Of a DNA stretch of 64,000 nt, positions 30,065 to 42,700 are shown piece after piece. Origin of the DNA: Amoebidium appalachense (lineage: Eukaryota; Protista; Ichthyosporea); contig CAVNZM010000002.1 in the NCBI GenBank assembly GCA_963693365.1, positions 11,216,328 through 11,280,327 on the forward strand, in the 5' to 3' direction. Numbering within the stretch: position 1 is the stretch's first letter; every line of letters starts with the position of its first letter. The position numbers and the translations under genes are program-made. The notes under the pieces are model-generated. The model made no database searches, had not been told where the DNA came from, and saw only the letters and a list, made by a program, of their open reading frames with translations.

Positions 30065-30889
30065 TATGCCTACCCCCCCCCCCCCCCCCCCCACCCACCC
30101 ACACACACATACACACAGGCGCTCCACACAGCGGCAGCATACGGGCAACGTGAGATGCTTGTTGTACTTCTTTCTAGGGGCGCCGATGTGCTTACATGCA
30201 GCTATGACGGCAGGGTGGCCTGTGAGGTGGTGTGTTCGGTCAGTGGGGAGGTGGGCGGGAAGTCTGCCCTGGTCCTCAAGGACGACATCACAGAGGTGCT
30301 GTGGGCTCACATGCGGGTACGTGCAGTGAGAGTTGGTGGTGGCGAGGGGAGGGGGGAGCCGGGGGAGGGGGGGGGGGAGGGGGGGGGGGGGGGGGGGCAC
30401 CAGCAAGGGGGAGAGGGGGGGAAGGGGGGATCGGGAAGGAGCTGGTTGGGAAAGTGGTTGGAATTTGAGGGGATGAGGGGGAGGTAACAGGGCAGGGGGC
30501 AGAGGGCCCGGGCGGAGTTGGGGGAGGGAGGGGGGTTGGAGGGGGGGGGGGGGGGGGGGGGGGGGGGTTGGTTAGGCGTTCAAATGGGAATGAAGGTAGG
30601 AAGGGTAGAACTCTGGAGAAGGGAAAGAGGAGATTGGGAGGGCGGGGAGGGGTGGATGGTGGTGGTGGTGGTGGTGATGTGTGTGTGGGGGGGGGGGGGG
30701 GGGGGGTTTACAAGAGGGAGATCCTGCATGATAAGATGTGCATGGGTGTGGTGGTTATTAAGGGATTTGAGTACCTCTGTATCCTAAGAGTTTGTGTGTT
30801 GACGATTGGAAGGTGTGGCGCTTTCTATGTGAGCCTTGCGAGAGGTAAATGGTCGATGTGCGAAAAGGTGGTTGGGTGCGTGAGGCGTT

Positions 30890-30920
<31 letters not shown>

Positions 30921-31077
30921 GGGAGGGGGGGGGGAGGTAAGTGGCAGTGCTTTTGACGGTGTCTCCCAGTGCTTATTTGCTCCCAAGCATTTTTTAACTT
31001 AATGACACAACCACCTTACTCGTGTTAAACGTCAACACACTAATCCCTCGTGCACACACACGGTTACACATGCCTAC

Positions 31078-31108
<31 letters not shown>

Positions 31109-31204
31109 AAAAAAAAAGGCTACACACACACACACACGCACACGCACACACGCACATACACATACATACTCACTCACACCCCTCTCCCTTCTCCTCCCCC
31201 CCCC

Positions 31205-31239
<35 letters not shown>

Positions 31240-32096
31240 ACCAAACACACACACACACACAGGAACGTGGTGTAGATTCAGCCGTCAAACTAGCCGAATA
31301 CAAACAGACGGCAGAAAACGATCTCATAGTACACATCAAGGCTATAGCCGCCACACACCGAATAGTCAAAGGCCAAAATCCGGCCAACCAGCCACAAGAC
31401 TGGATTGGTCGCAGGCTATCAGCCAGCCCAAACCCAGACGAGCAACTTGCAGAGAAGGACGAAAATACCCCCGCCGACGAATTACAACCGGAAACACACC
31501 CATTAATACAAAAACCTACATCCACAGCCCCAGATTCGTCCAGCCCCGAACCTAACCCTTCTGTTAACGGGTCGGTGTGCGAGTGCCCACCACCCGATTC
31601 GAACCAACCCGTCAGCCCGAACGGGTACGAAGACACGTGCGCACACTGCTCAGCACGCAGGCAGAGCCTCAGTGTAGCCCTGCAGGCAGCAGAGATGCCA
31701 CCAGACGGTGTGCCCCCTTTGCCCCGCACGGTGTCTTTTGCGCTTGCAGGGGATGGGGGCAAGGAGGTGTGGGAGATAGACGGGGAGCTTGAGGATACAG
31801 GGGTCACCCTGCTGCATCTGTGCGCACATAGGGGGTGGCGCAGGGCCGGGGAGGTATTGCTAAAGCTCGGTGCAGACCCGAATTCAAGAGGTGGGTGTTT
31901 TTCTCTGTTGGGTTTGTTTTTGGTGGTGTGTTGCGGGACTCTTGGTGTGTGGTTGTGTTTGCATGTATGCTGTGTGTCTTGGACCGAGAGCCTTTGTACG
32001 TTCTATTGTGTCCAATTCTCACGTGCACGTCGGTGTGTTCACTTACCCTGTGTTCATGTATGGGTGATTGTGATATGGTAGGTGCATGTGCCCAAC

Positions 32097-32131
<35 letters not shown>

Positions 32132-33319
32132 CACACACGCACACTCTTACGCACACACGCACGCACTTACGCACGGAAGCACGTACGGCCGTCACCCGCG
32201 CATGCACATATACACTGCCCACCCGCATTGTAAGAAGAAGGATGCACATACCCTGCATTCCTACTTGTCTGTCTTGGTTGTGTACTTGGCACTCTGCAAC
32301 ACATTTTGTAACCCCACACCTGCACATGCACACGAGAACACTCCCCTCTCTCTTTTTGTGCCTTCTGACATTGTAGCATCATAGCTGAGACAGGTCGACT
32401 CACCTACTGCTGTTAAGGCAAAGGACGGGTTGGAACACGTGAGAGAGACGAAGAGGGCAGATCGTCCTCTTTTTGTAAACACATAGGAACCCTTACTGAC
32501 GGTGGTGCATGTTCAAATGCTGCCTGCGTAATTTTTTTTATGTCGGTCTTGCAGTTTATTATTATTTTTTTTCTTCGCTTTTATGCCTGCCACCATCTCT
32601 ATGCATATATACCCCCCCCCCCCCCCCCCCCCCCCCCCCGACCCGTATATGACGTGCCTCCCTCACGAGGACGGGCTCCACTTATTATGTGTGCTCTTTA
32701 TGGGTACTTTGTACTCCGTATTCTGTTGTTAGTTGTGAATGGTGCTTCGTACCCAATGGCGCATTCGAATCCCTTCCCGACCCACTCGCCACCACCACAC
32801 ACGTTTTTTTTTTCTTGCGCATGAATGTTATTACGGAAAGGCTTCTGTTTGCCCCTACTATGCCTTTGGTTTTCTTGTTACACTTGTACGGTACCCCTTC
32901 TGTCTGTGTGTGTGCGTGTGCGCGTGCATGCGAGTGTGTATTGGGTGTGTGTGTGTGTGTGTATGTGTGCTTGTGTGCATGTGTGCGCGCGCGTGCGCGC
33001 GCGTGTGTGTATATGTGTGTGTGTGGTGTGTGGTGTGTGTGTGTGGTGTGTGGTGTGTGTGGGTGTGTGCGGGGGGGAATGGGTGTGTGCGGGGGGAAGT
33101 GGGGAGGGGGGGGGAAGGGGGGAAGGATGGTACTAACAAGGACATAAAATGCACCAGATGCTGACGGGTGGACACCTCTGCACGTGGCAGTGTACCACAA
33201 CAGACCAGGTGGGTTGGGAGGGGTTGGAGTGCAGGCAGGTCGGCCCGATGTGTGCGTATGACACGTAGTGGTTGTGGGGCAGTCTGTGTGTGAGTGTGTT
33301 TGTGTGTGTGTGTGTGTGT

Positions 33320-33359
<40 letters not shown>

Positions 33360-33567
33360 GAGGAGGAGGAAAGGTGGAGGTGGTACCAAATGGACAAAAA
33401 GATAGGTGGAGGATAAGCATAGGGTAGGAGTGCCTTGTGTCTTTGTGGAGGGTGAGGGGGGCACAAGTGTATGGATATGGAGATGAAGTGTGTAGCTATG
33501 GATGGTATGGGTGAAGTGTATTTGCTAGCTTTAGTCAGCTCCATAATAATTGTCGAATTCTTCCCCC

Positions 33568-33601
<34 letters not shown>

Positions 33602-33924
33602 AGGGCCCAAACTTTATTACCGCAGACACACAGGCCACACACACATGCCACACACACACGCCACACACGTCCACACACACACACACACACATGCACGGTC
33701 ACGCACACACACCCACACCCACATCCATACCTACACGCACAGAGTTTGTGCGGCTGCTTGCGTGCAATGGGGCGGACACGTCCCTGCGCACGGCGGACAC
33801 GCACGAGACCATCCAAGACATAGCGGGCAACGGGGGCAGCGCCCGGCAGGGAATGAAGGAGAGGCGCATCCGCCTGCTGCGCTACACACGTGCATCCCAG
33901 GCAGAGTTCTCGAAGGGCTTCTAG
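27940..33924 (+). CDS. Ankyrin-repeat protein phosphatase 1 regulatory subunit, MYPT/PPP1R12/PPP1R16-like, ~474 aa
   Basis: Six phase-compatible exons: 27940-28113, 29048-29239, 30119-30316, 31263-31890, 33158-33208 and 33743-33924. MyPhoNE-like [10 protein letters not shown] is followed by ankyrin repeats [33 protein letters not shown] and [10 protein letters not shown], in the order seen in PPP1R16/MYPT proteins. Confidence 0.85.
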
Positions 33925-34967
33925 AAGCGTCTAGGTGTGGTTCGGTAGGTTTCAATACATACATAGGTGCGGGCACGTGCATATGGCTGGATACATGCAA
34001 GAGGGTGCTGTGTAAATATTGTTTCCTTTGGTCCTGTTTTTTTTGTTGTTGGTTGTTTTATCCGCGCGCTGGGAGGGAGGAGGGGGGAGTGGGAGGGGGG
34101 GGGATTCGGTCGTTTGAGTTGCCGCGTGTTGTAAGTTCGGTTACAGATCATGAATGAATGAAATGCGCACTGCGCAGATCGTCTGAACCCCAGTATTAGG
34201 GTGATGACACAAGGATGCCTTTATTAGGATTATTTGTAGGCCAAGCTGGTCACAGAAATATATAAATTTATTGGTTAGGTTCTCGGACTGGACTTTGCAC
34301 ACCTTGCAAATAAAAGCAACAGTTCATAGACTCGGTTTTGAGCAAAATGTGTGCAGTGCCTCCTCTCTACAGTGATATCCTGACACTTCAACTTTTGTCA
34401 TTCCGAGTTGCATTGCCCAACCTCCCACGTGTTTTGCATTGCTCGGAATCCGACCTGCTTCAATGGATTACCGAAAGAGTTCCCGTGCTAATATGCCACC
34501 ACGTTCCTGGGTATCATGACTCTACCTTCTTCTATAGCTAGAAAAACACTCAGATGGCACGGGGAAATTTCGGCAATTGCACGCCACAGCACAGCCATAT
34601 CTAAACGATGAGACCAGTAGTACTTGCATATCGTTACGGTGGGATGTGAACAAAGTACACTGCGCATGCGCATCGAGTGAACTGAACACTCAACCGTGAA
34701 TGATCTACCCGTCGACGTCGACAGTACACCCACGGAACAGTGTATATGAACATATGGTCGTGTGCACGTATTTGTCTGTAAGACTGCGCTCGTGACACTG
34801 TGCGTATGCCTGTGAGCGTGTGCACATGTTTGTGTGTGTGCTTGTCTTGTACGTGTGTGGATTTGCGGGTATGATGTGTGTCTCGCTTGCGTCTCACGTG
34901 CATGGTATGTAGTGTGCTTCGCCACTGTGTTTGTGAGTGAAAATGTGTGTTAATTAAAAACTGCACT

Positions 34968-35082
<115 letters not shown>

Positions 35083-35133
35083 CGGGTGTGTGTGCGTGTT
35101 CGGGTGTGTCTGCGTGCGGGTGTGTGTGCGTGC

Positions 35134-35228
<95 letters not shown>

Positions 35229-35571
35229 CCTGTGTGTGTGTGCCTGTGTGTGTGTGCATATGTCTGTCTGTGTGTTTGTGCGTGTGCACGAATGTGTTAC
35301 GGTGTGTATGTGGTGTGTGCCGCTGTGTCTAACGACTATTGCGAGACCTGTCACCTTGCGGCCTAATGTCGAAAGCACGTCGCTGTGGTGGCGCGGCCGG
35401 GTTCGTCCGGGCCCTCTCTACCAGACATCACTATGTCAGAGGCGCTAGTGAGGCGTCTGTTGAAGCTGCCGGGCATACTGTAGCGCTGTCACGCACGACA
35501 GCTGACAACTCAGCTGTGTCAATGACGTCAGGCTCTCCACTATGATTCGCTTAGCGCGCATCAAAAGTTTC

Positions 35572-35820
35572 TCTCCAGACCTGCCCAAAATGGGTTTATT
35601 GTGTTTTTGTAGCACGATAATATTTTGACTTTCTTTTTATTTGTTAAAAATATAGAATATGGGCATCCAAAAAGATACAACATAATTTTTCTTTTGCATT
35701 TATGATTTAGTGAGCTGTTTATTACTTATATTGACTTATATAATGCCTCAAAGTCAAAGTTTAAACAATTCTTATTGTTCATAAGTGCTTTGCAAACCCC
35801 AAAAAGCAGGTTTGGAAAAT
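35572..35820. mobile_element. Possible old MITE-like relic
   Basis: AT-rich ~200 bp between imperfect inverted repeats: TCTCCAGACCTGC..GGGTTT (35573-35597) and AAACCC..GCAGGTTTGGAAAA (35794-35819). No TSD recognised. Confidence 0.3.
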
Positions 35821-36152
35821 CAGGCCGGCACGTCAACCGTGTGTGCAACTTTACGGTGACACCGTGACTCGGGTGAGCCGGCACGGTGGTAGATATTTTC
35901 AAGAGAGAGAGGTGGAAAGAACAAAAGCTAAGTATGAAAAACTGGTAGCTGTTGGTCTCTATGGACTTCCACTATGCATTCTGCGCAGCTAGGAAAAACC
36001 ATTAGGCAGACTCCTTACCAACTTGCCAGCATTGCCAGCTGAATGCCCATGTACCTGCCGTGCAGTGGCAGCTAACGTTAAACTGGCATCTGCGCATGAA
36101 AGGTGCCATCTCTCTACTGAGATGACCAATAACCTGAACCGTTGTTTCAATC

Positions 36153-37734
36153 ATGCCACCGAGAAGTCCGTCATCTCTTACAAGCGTGCTGCTGTTTTTC
36201 CAATGGCATTTCTGCGACACAGCACAACGGCGCACTCCCAAGCAAGAACAACAAGAAAAGCAGCTCGCATCCACAAACATACCATTCAAGAGATGGATGC
36301 TTATTCCAGCTGCAGCCCTGATACAGATGTCGACGGGGGCTTCATATTCCTGGACAGTGTACACCGTTCCAGTAGAGAGATACATCGGTGTGAGTGAGGG
36401 CACAGGTGCAACCGTTCTGTTCTGTCTTATGTGTGGGGCTGGGGTAGCATCTGCCCTGTGTGGCCCACTTGTGAGTCGGTTGGGGCCTGCAAAGTGCTTG
36501 CTTATTAGTAGTTTGATCTCTTTGTTTGGGCAGTTAATGGCAGCTGTGGCTGTTTATGTGAAGAGTATGGTGCTGCTGAATGTGTCCTATGGAGTGATAA
36601 ATGGGTTCGGGCTTGGGATAGCATACCTCGTCCCGATAGCCCCACTTTTTCGCTGGTACCCTGACCGAAAGGGGCTCGTATCATTCATAGGGGTGGGTGG
36701 GTCAACTTTAGGACTTGCTTTCACCTTGGTGCAAGATAGCCTAATTTCTGTGGTTGGTGTCCCGCTTACACTGGTGATTTTGGCTCTCTTCACCTTCACA
36801 ATGACTTCCTTTGGGACTTGGATCATGCGGAATCCACCTAGCAACTACGAAAACAAAAGCCCCACTTCTCTGCAAAGTACGGACCAAGCCAACCGTGACA
36901 ACCGGAGTGCGGAAGAGAAAACTGACGAGAAAGACCTCAACGGCAAGAAAGCAAAAACAGAAGAAGAAAAATCTCGATCCCGGCATGTTGGATATCCAGG
37001 AGACAAGAACTGATACTTCGGATCCAAAGGTGGTGGTAGTCGAAAACGGCATCGATGAGAAAAAGCAGCAAACCTCGGGTGTTGTACAGAACACACACAC
37101 AAAACCCGAGACAACTGTTTTCCAGTGCGTAAAAACACGGAACTATGCACTTGCCTACTTCATGACCATTGTGATAAACGTTCCCGTGAATATGATTATC
37201 TCGGCAAAATTATCGGATATCTGTCAGCAACAGTTCGGAAAATCGCGCACACTGGGTGCCACCCTCTTCACGTGTCTGGGCGTCTCGAGTGTGTTGGGAA
37301 GAATTTCATTGGGCGCCTTGTCTGACCACGTGGGGAGAAAACCAGTGCTTATGCTGTCGATATTTGCGCAGGGAGCGCTTTTGGCCCTGTGCCCTTTCCT
37401 TTTTAGGCAGGGGGTTTTTTCGGTTTTTGTAGTGGTTGTGGTGTTGTTTGGGTTCTTCAATCTGGGCTCTTCTTTGATAGCAGCTTTTCTCGCTGACTTG
37501 TATGGGACGGATAATGTTTCTGCGCTTTTCGGTATTATCAATACTGCTTCCCCGCTTCTAAATGGATTGGTGGGCGGAGCCATATTCTCGGTGATTTTCC
37601 GGAAACAAGTAGATATTCATGGGGCAGATTCGCCCAAGGTGTATGATGTAAATATGTATATCACATCCGGATTTTGTGCCGTGTGTTTGGTTACGACCTG
37701 CTTTATCAAGACAAAAACTCCAAAAAAAACTTAA
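36153..37734 (+). CDS. Intronless MFS transporter (oxalate:formate antiporter / monocarboxylate-like), split by a single frameshift near 36967-36971
   Basis: ORF 36153-37013 gives the N-half (RWMLIPAAALIQMSTGASYSWTVY; GPLVSRLGP; YGVINGFGLGIAY; RWYPDRKGL). ORF 36811-37734 gives the C-half (LGRISLGALSDHVGRK; AFLADLYGTDNVSALFG). Removing one A from the A5 run at 36967-36971 joins them (..TEEENLDPG..). Confidence 0.85.
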
Positions 37735-38213
37735 ACCCACATAGGCCCATACTTTCTGGAACGATATGAATGTACTCGGAGTGCGTGTCGCAAGGTTGGT
37801 GAAGTTATCCAATCTTACTGATCATCATCAAAGTTTTCTCATGGAATCAAATGGTTCGGTGTTACGGTATATGTATCCCTAGCGGATTCAGATGTTACCA
37901 CGTGCATAGCATTCTGTGTGCAAACACTGTCCATCATGAATGTGCACGTCACTGATGTCATGCTTAATCTAGCTTCCACAGTCCCCACACACTCTCTCTG
38001 GTCAACTATTAGAGGAGGCAGAGGTGCGCCCTGGAAGCCACGTGCCTTGACGAGGAGTGGGAACAATAACCTAGTGCCACCGTCAACTTGTGTGCGCGAG
38101 TCCTGCAGGTTTTTGTGTACGTCTGGGCGCGGTGGGTTTGATCCTGTGGGTCCTTTGTCTGGGCTGTGGGAGGTGCTTTTTTTTTTTTTTTTTTTTTTTT
38201 TTGTGGTGGTGGT

Positions 38214-38272
<59 letters not shown>

Positions 38273-38324
38273 ACGAAACACACGCGCACACACCGTGACA
38301 CACCGTGCACCGTGACACGGACAC

Positions 38325-38554
38325 ATACACATGCATTATGATATACACATACACACATGGTCTACGCTGTTTACTCGAGGCAAAGAGAGACCAGTCTCAG
38401 GTATGGGGGGGTTTTGCTCGGAATATCCCCTCAGCAGTATATCATGATCACGTACATAGATGTCGGGTGATGACTATATATCAGGGTTTACTTTCTCTAC
38501 GAGACACCATAAAGACTAAGAGAAATCAATTAGTTGGGGTTCCCCGTTTTTTTT

Positions 38555-38588
<34 letters not shown>

Positions 38589-38617
38589 GGCTCCCCTGGG
38601 ACACTCGGATCAGCTGG

Positions 38618-38618
<1 letters not shown>
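38325..38618 (+). repeat. Left arm of a long diverged inverted repeat (partner ~50905-51185)
   Basis: Collinear reverse-complement match, including identical blocks GGGCTCCCCTGGGACACTCGG (38588-38608 vs 50918-50938) and AGTCTCAGGTATGG (38393-38406 vs 51115-51128). Confidence 0.85.
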
Positions 38619-38710
<92 letters not shown>

Positions 38711-39350
38711 TGCGCGCGCGCGTGCGCTTAGAATTTTGTAGTGATGTGTTTCTCAAGCCAATCAATACATCTAATAAACAGGTCGTAGTTACGCGTGTTT
38801 AGTATAGAATCAAGGATGTTGTAATTTACAGGTAGGCTATCTTTCTGGGTGTCTGTTGTGAATGTGATGTGTGTGTGTTGCGGTATTATATGGTCTATCA
38901 AACTACATTTGGCGATACATGACCGTTCAAACTGGTGTGTGTGTGTGTTGTTTGGGCATGCAAACGATGCCAGCTTATACTTATTAGATCTCCACTGTAT
39001 AGCACGTGTACGTACAGTAAAAGCGTGGTAATTGATCAATAATACCATCAGCTAGAGAAAGGCCAGTTCTACAGGAACATAGACCACACACACAAGCACG
39101 CCCAGTGATAAAAGTTACGAGCACAAAATCCACACGACATTGTACACACATATGCACACGTTTTTGCACAGAAAGGTGCATATTAAGAGGGGTACAGGGG
39201 TTGGGATTGAGGGTAGGTGAAGATCCACCACCACCGCCACCGCCGCGGGGGGCCCCCTGCCCCCAGGCTGGGCACACATAATATATGTAGGGTGGCGCAG
39301 GTGCCGTATAAATGACCGGATGGAGGTGTTTTTTTTTTTTGTGTGTGTGT

Positions 39351-39394
<44 letters not shown>

Positions 39395-39799
39395 GAATTC
39401 CGACGAAACCGTTACATGTTTGTGGCTGACCAATCAAAATAAACCAGAATATAGCCGAGTTTGGCAAGTAAATGCTCGAAAAACACTTATATGGCAAGTG
39501 AGAGCTGCGTGACGTCACCCGATGTCGTAAACAAAGACGTATGATGGAAAACCGCAGCAACTGCGAACAGCCACAAGTTACAACACCACCTTGAATGCGA
39601 AGCACGGAACCTCTGAGTATTTTACTGCAACTGCACTGTATTAGCCAATACCAGAGCATCTAAGTAGTTCTGATATATGCATAGCTAGGTGGCATAGCAA
39701 AAATGGGGTTGGGTAGTTTGCTTTTGCTCGTGTGGGCAGCGCAGAGCTTTTGACGAAAAGTGCGCTAATGTTAGGGCAGCTCTTTCCGACAACACAAGC

Positions 39800-42700
39800 A
39801 TGGAGAAATTCCAGGAGGCCGTTGAACAACTTGACTTGGCGATGGAGGAGGACGGGTCGTTGAATCTCACAAAGGCCCGGGAGCTGGTTTGCGTGTCCCA
39901 ATCAGCCAGAGACGTTAGCTTCACTGTCCAAGTGAATGTTGCCGTGAAGTCAGCAAACATCAAGGCTGAGGCCAAGTTGATCAAGAAAAGCCTGTTCCTC
40001 ATCTTTCCTGCAACCAGCGGCACAGAGGTCAAGGCCCAGGCCATGCAAGCGTGTATGTTTCACGTTTTCACCGGCTTACACTGCCCATTTTAAAGGCTAT
40101 CCTTTAGTTCCTTGCTTCCACAGTGCATCTTCGTTTTGAAACGGCCCTGCTGTTGTTCATAGTTTTTTTAACGCGCCCCGAGCTTCCTCTGGCACCCATG
40201 CTTCAAGATCTGCGTACCTTTTTTTTTTCGCCCTACAGTATGCCTTTAATTGTATTGACCTTTGTTTGCGTAAACAAACACAAGATTTGTTAGCTAACTT
40301 GATGTTATGTGCAGTGATAGAGCTTCTTCTTGGACTTAAAAAGCCAGACAACTTCATCGACTACGTGGCAGACAGGCAACTCGCCATCAGACACATGTCA
40401 AAGTTGATTCCCGGCAATGGTATGTAGCCCTGCCGTGCCTTTTTTTGGGCATCTTCAAGAACATTCTGTTTTGTAAGGCTTTTTTCAGGGTAAGGCTTTT
40501 TTCAGGGATTATGGTTTTTTTCCATTGCTGTGATGCCTAAGCAATTATGGATTATAATGGTTGCTTGTCGTTTTTCCTGCTTGTCGTTGTGTCACTTACT
40601 ATGGCAACCTGCATGGGCGCTCTTTGCTGCGAGACTGCGGAAGATAACTTTCCTGTCTGCATTATGGCGGACGGGGTCGCTTTGGTCCCTCACAAGTCCC
40701 TCATCTTTGCCCTTGAGAAGGAGGGCTTCTGCTGCGGTCAGGGGGGTGCCCGGGACAAGGTTCGTCAGCCGGGGGATAACACAGCTAGGCCGCGGTTGTA
40801 TGAAGACGATTTCATCCGACGGGCGGTGGGGGCGGAGGAGCACAAGGAGTTCCCTATGACCCGTCGCATTGGCTTCCAAGATGGCAAGCTGACGCAGGTG
40901 TACGAGGGACGCTATCTGGAGTGGGATGACGCTTGCAAACCGATCGAGTTCTATGTCCGACGTGGGGGCGCCATGCCGGTGCGTTTTTCTTGCCTGCTCC
41001 ATGTGCCTTTGCTCACTGTACACTGCGTGTTGTTTGATCCTCCTCACTCAAGTTTGTTAAATAGCAGGCTAAGAAGAGTGATACTATTTAAACTGCCTAG
41101 AAGATTGGTGATCCCTACTGTAGGGTCAAGGGGAAGAAGCGCCTTTATGTTGTGTGTGGCGGAGGTACTATGCTGGACCAACCACTATGTACTTTTTTTG
41201 TAGACGGGAAAACAAGGAGCTGGATTTTTTTTTTTTAACGTGTCTACATATATTTGACCATCCAATACCACAGATGCCCCGCGGGCTGGCTTCGGTTGAG
41301 ACGGTGGTCTGGTCTTTGCTATCAGTTCTTCTGAGCGACCAGGGGCTTACGCAGGTGTGTTATCTGGTAACTCTGGTACTCTAAAATATGCTTATATGTA
41401 AGAATATATTGTGTTTTCACGGAACCTCAATGTCGAGTACATGCCCTTAGTTTGGTTCGTTCATGCACTTATGAGTTACATTTTTGTAAGAAGCCTAGCC
41501 CCATTTCTTGTGATACACTTTTGTCATGCCCGTAAATGATTTTGTGGTGGGCTCATGTCTTTTGCGTATGTACCCATCCGCACTTTGTACTTGTATGCCG
41601 TTCCTCACAATGTATTGCACATAGGTGGTGGACAAGTTCAGCAAGGATCTGGATCAAGCATCTAAGTGCTTGTCTATCGGTGAGCTTGAGGACTACGCAC
41701 GGCATTCTTCCACGTGGCTTCAGCATGGCCTCTGCGGGCTGCTCTCTGAGCAAGCCACCAATGTACGTGATTGGAGTTTTGTGCTGTCCCCATGGATTTA
41801 CTGCTTTAAGCCTTTCTTAGTTTACGTTTTTCTTTCCATACCAAGTTTTTGCAGCCTTGCCACCTACCCTTTCTTACCTTCAGCATGGTTGTGTCAAAGC
41901 CCCCCCCTCCCCCCCCCCGTTTGGCCCTTTTCTTGCCGGCTTGATGTCTCCACCTGAGACCTTGGGAGGGTTCGTACTGAGTGTATTTCTTTTCTCCTGT
42001 GCAGCTCGTAAAGCTGTTCAAGGGTACATCGAAGCCACCCAGCAACCTCGAGAGCGACTCGACCAAGTTCGCTCACTCCACGCATGAAACGGACCCTCTA
42101 AAGGTACTGTAGGGCCTCAATCCTCCTCCCCCCCCCTTCCCCCGGCTGCCCCCTCCCCCCCCTTTCCTCCTCTCCCGCGAACGTGCCAGCCCCATATTAT
42201 ATACACCAATGTTCAGTACCTACGTGGCATGCATGGATGCATGCTGTGTGCTTACTGTGCCCAATCTCTCTCTCCAGACCCATTGGGACGATGCGGTGGG
42301 TGCCTCAGCCAACACCAACGTGGACATGACCAAGGGAACCCATGACATGAACCAGAAGGAGCATATGTGGGTATATGAACTTGCTTGCATTCTTGGTTGA
42401 TTTCTAGAAACCAACCGTGTTCACTTCACTGCTCAACTGCCCACCACCACGACACTACCTCTCCTGCCCATTTTTCTCAGTTGCAATCATAGCATAATTT
42501 GTAAACCCCCCCCCCCTCTCCAACCCCTTCCCGTTATCCGCCTCCCACACTATTCCTTCCCCCCAAACACACCCCTACTCAGGGTTTTCTTTCATGTGTG
42601 TCCCCCACTACTGTGGAGCTAAGTTTCCATTAACTTAGGACCATGTAGAACACCCTCAATGATACATGATGGTCATGCCCTGGCCCCAATCAAGTACACT

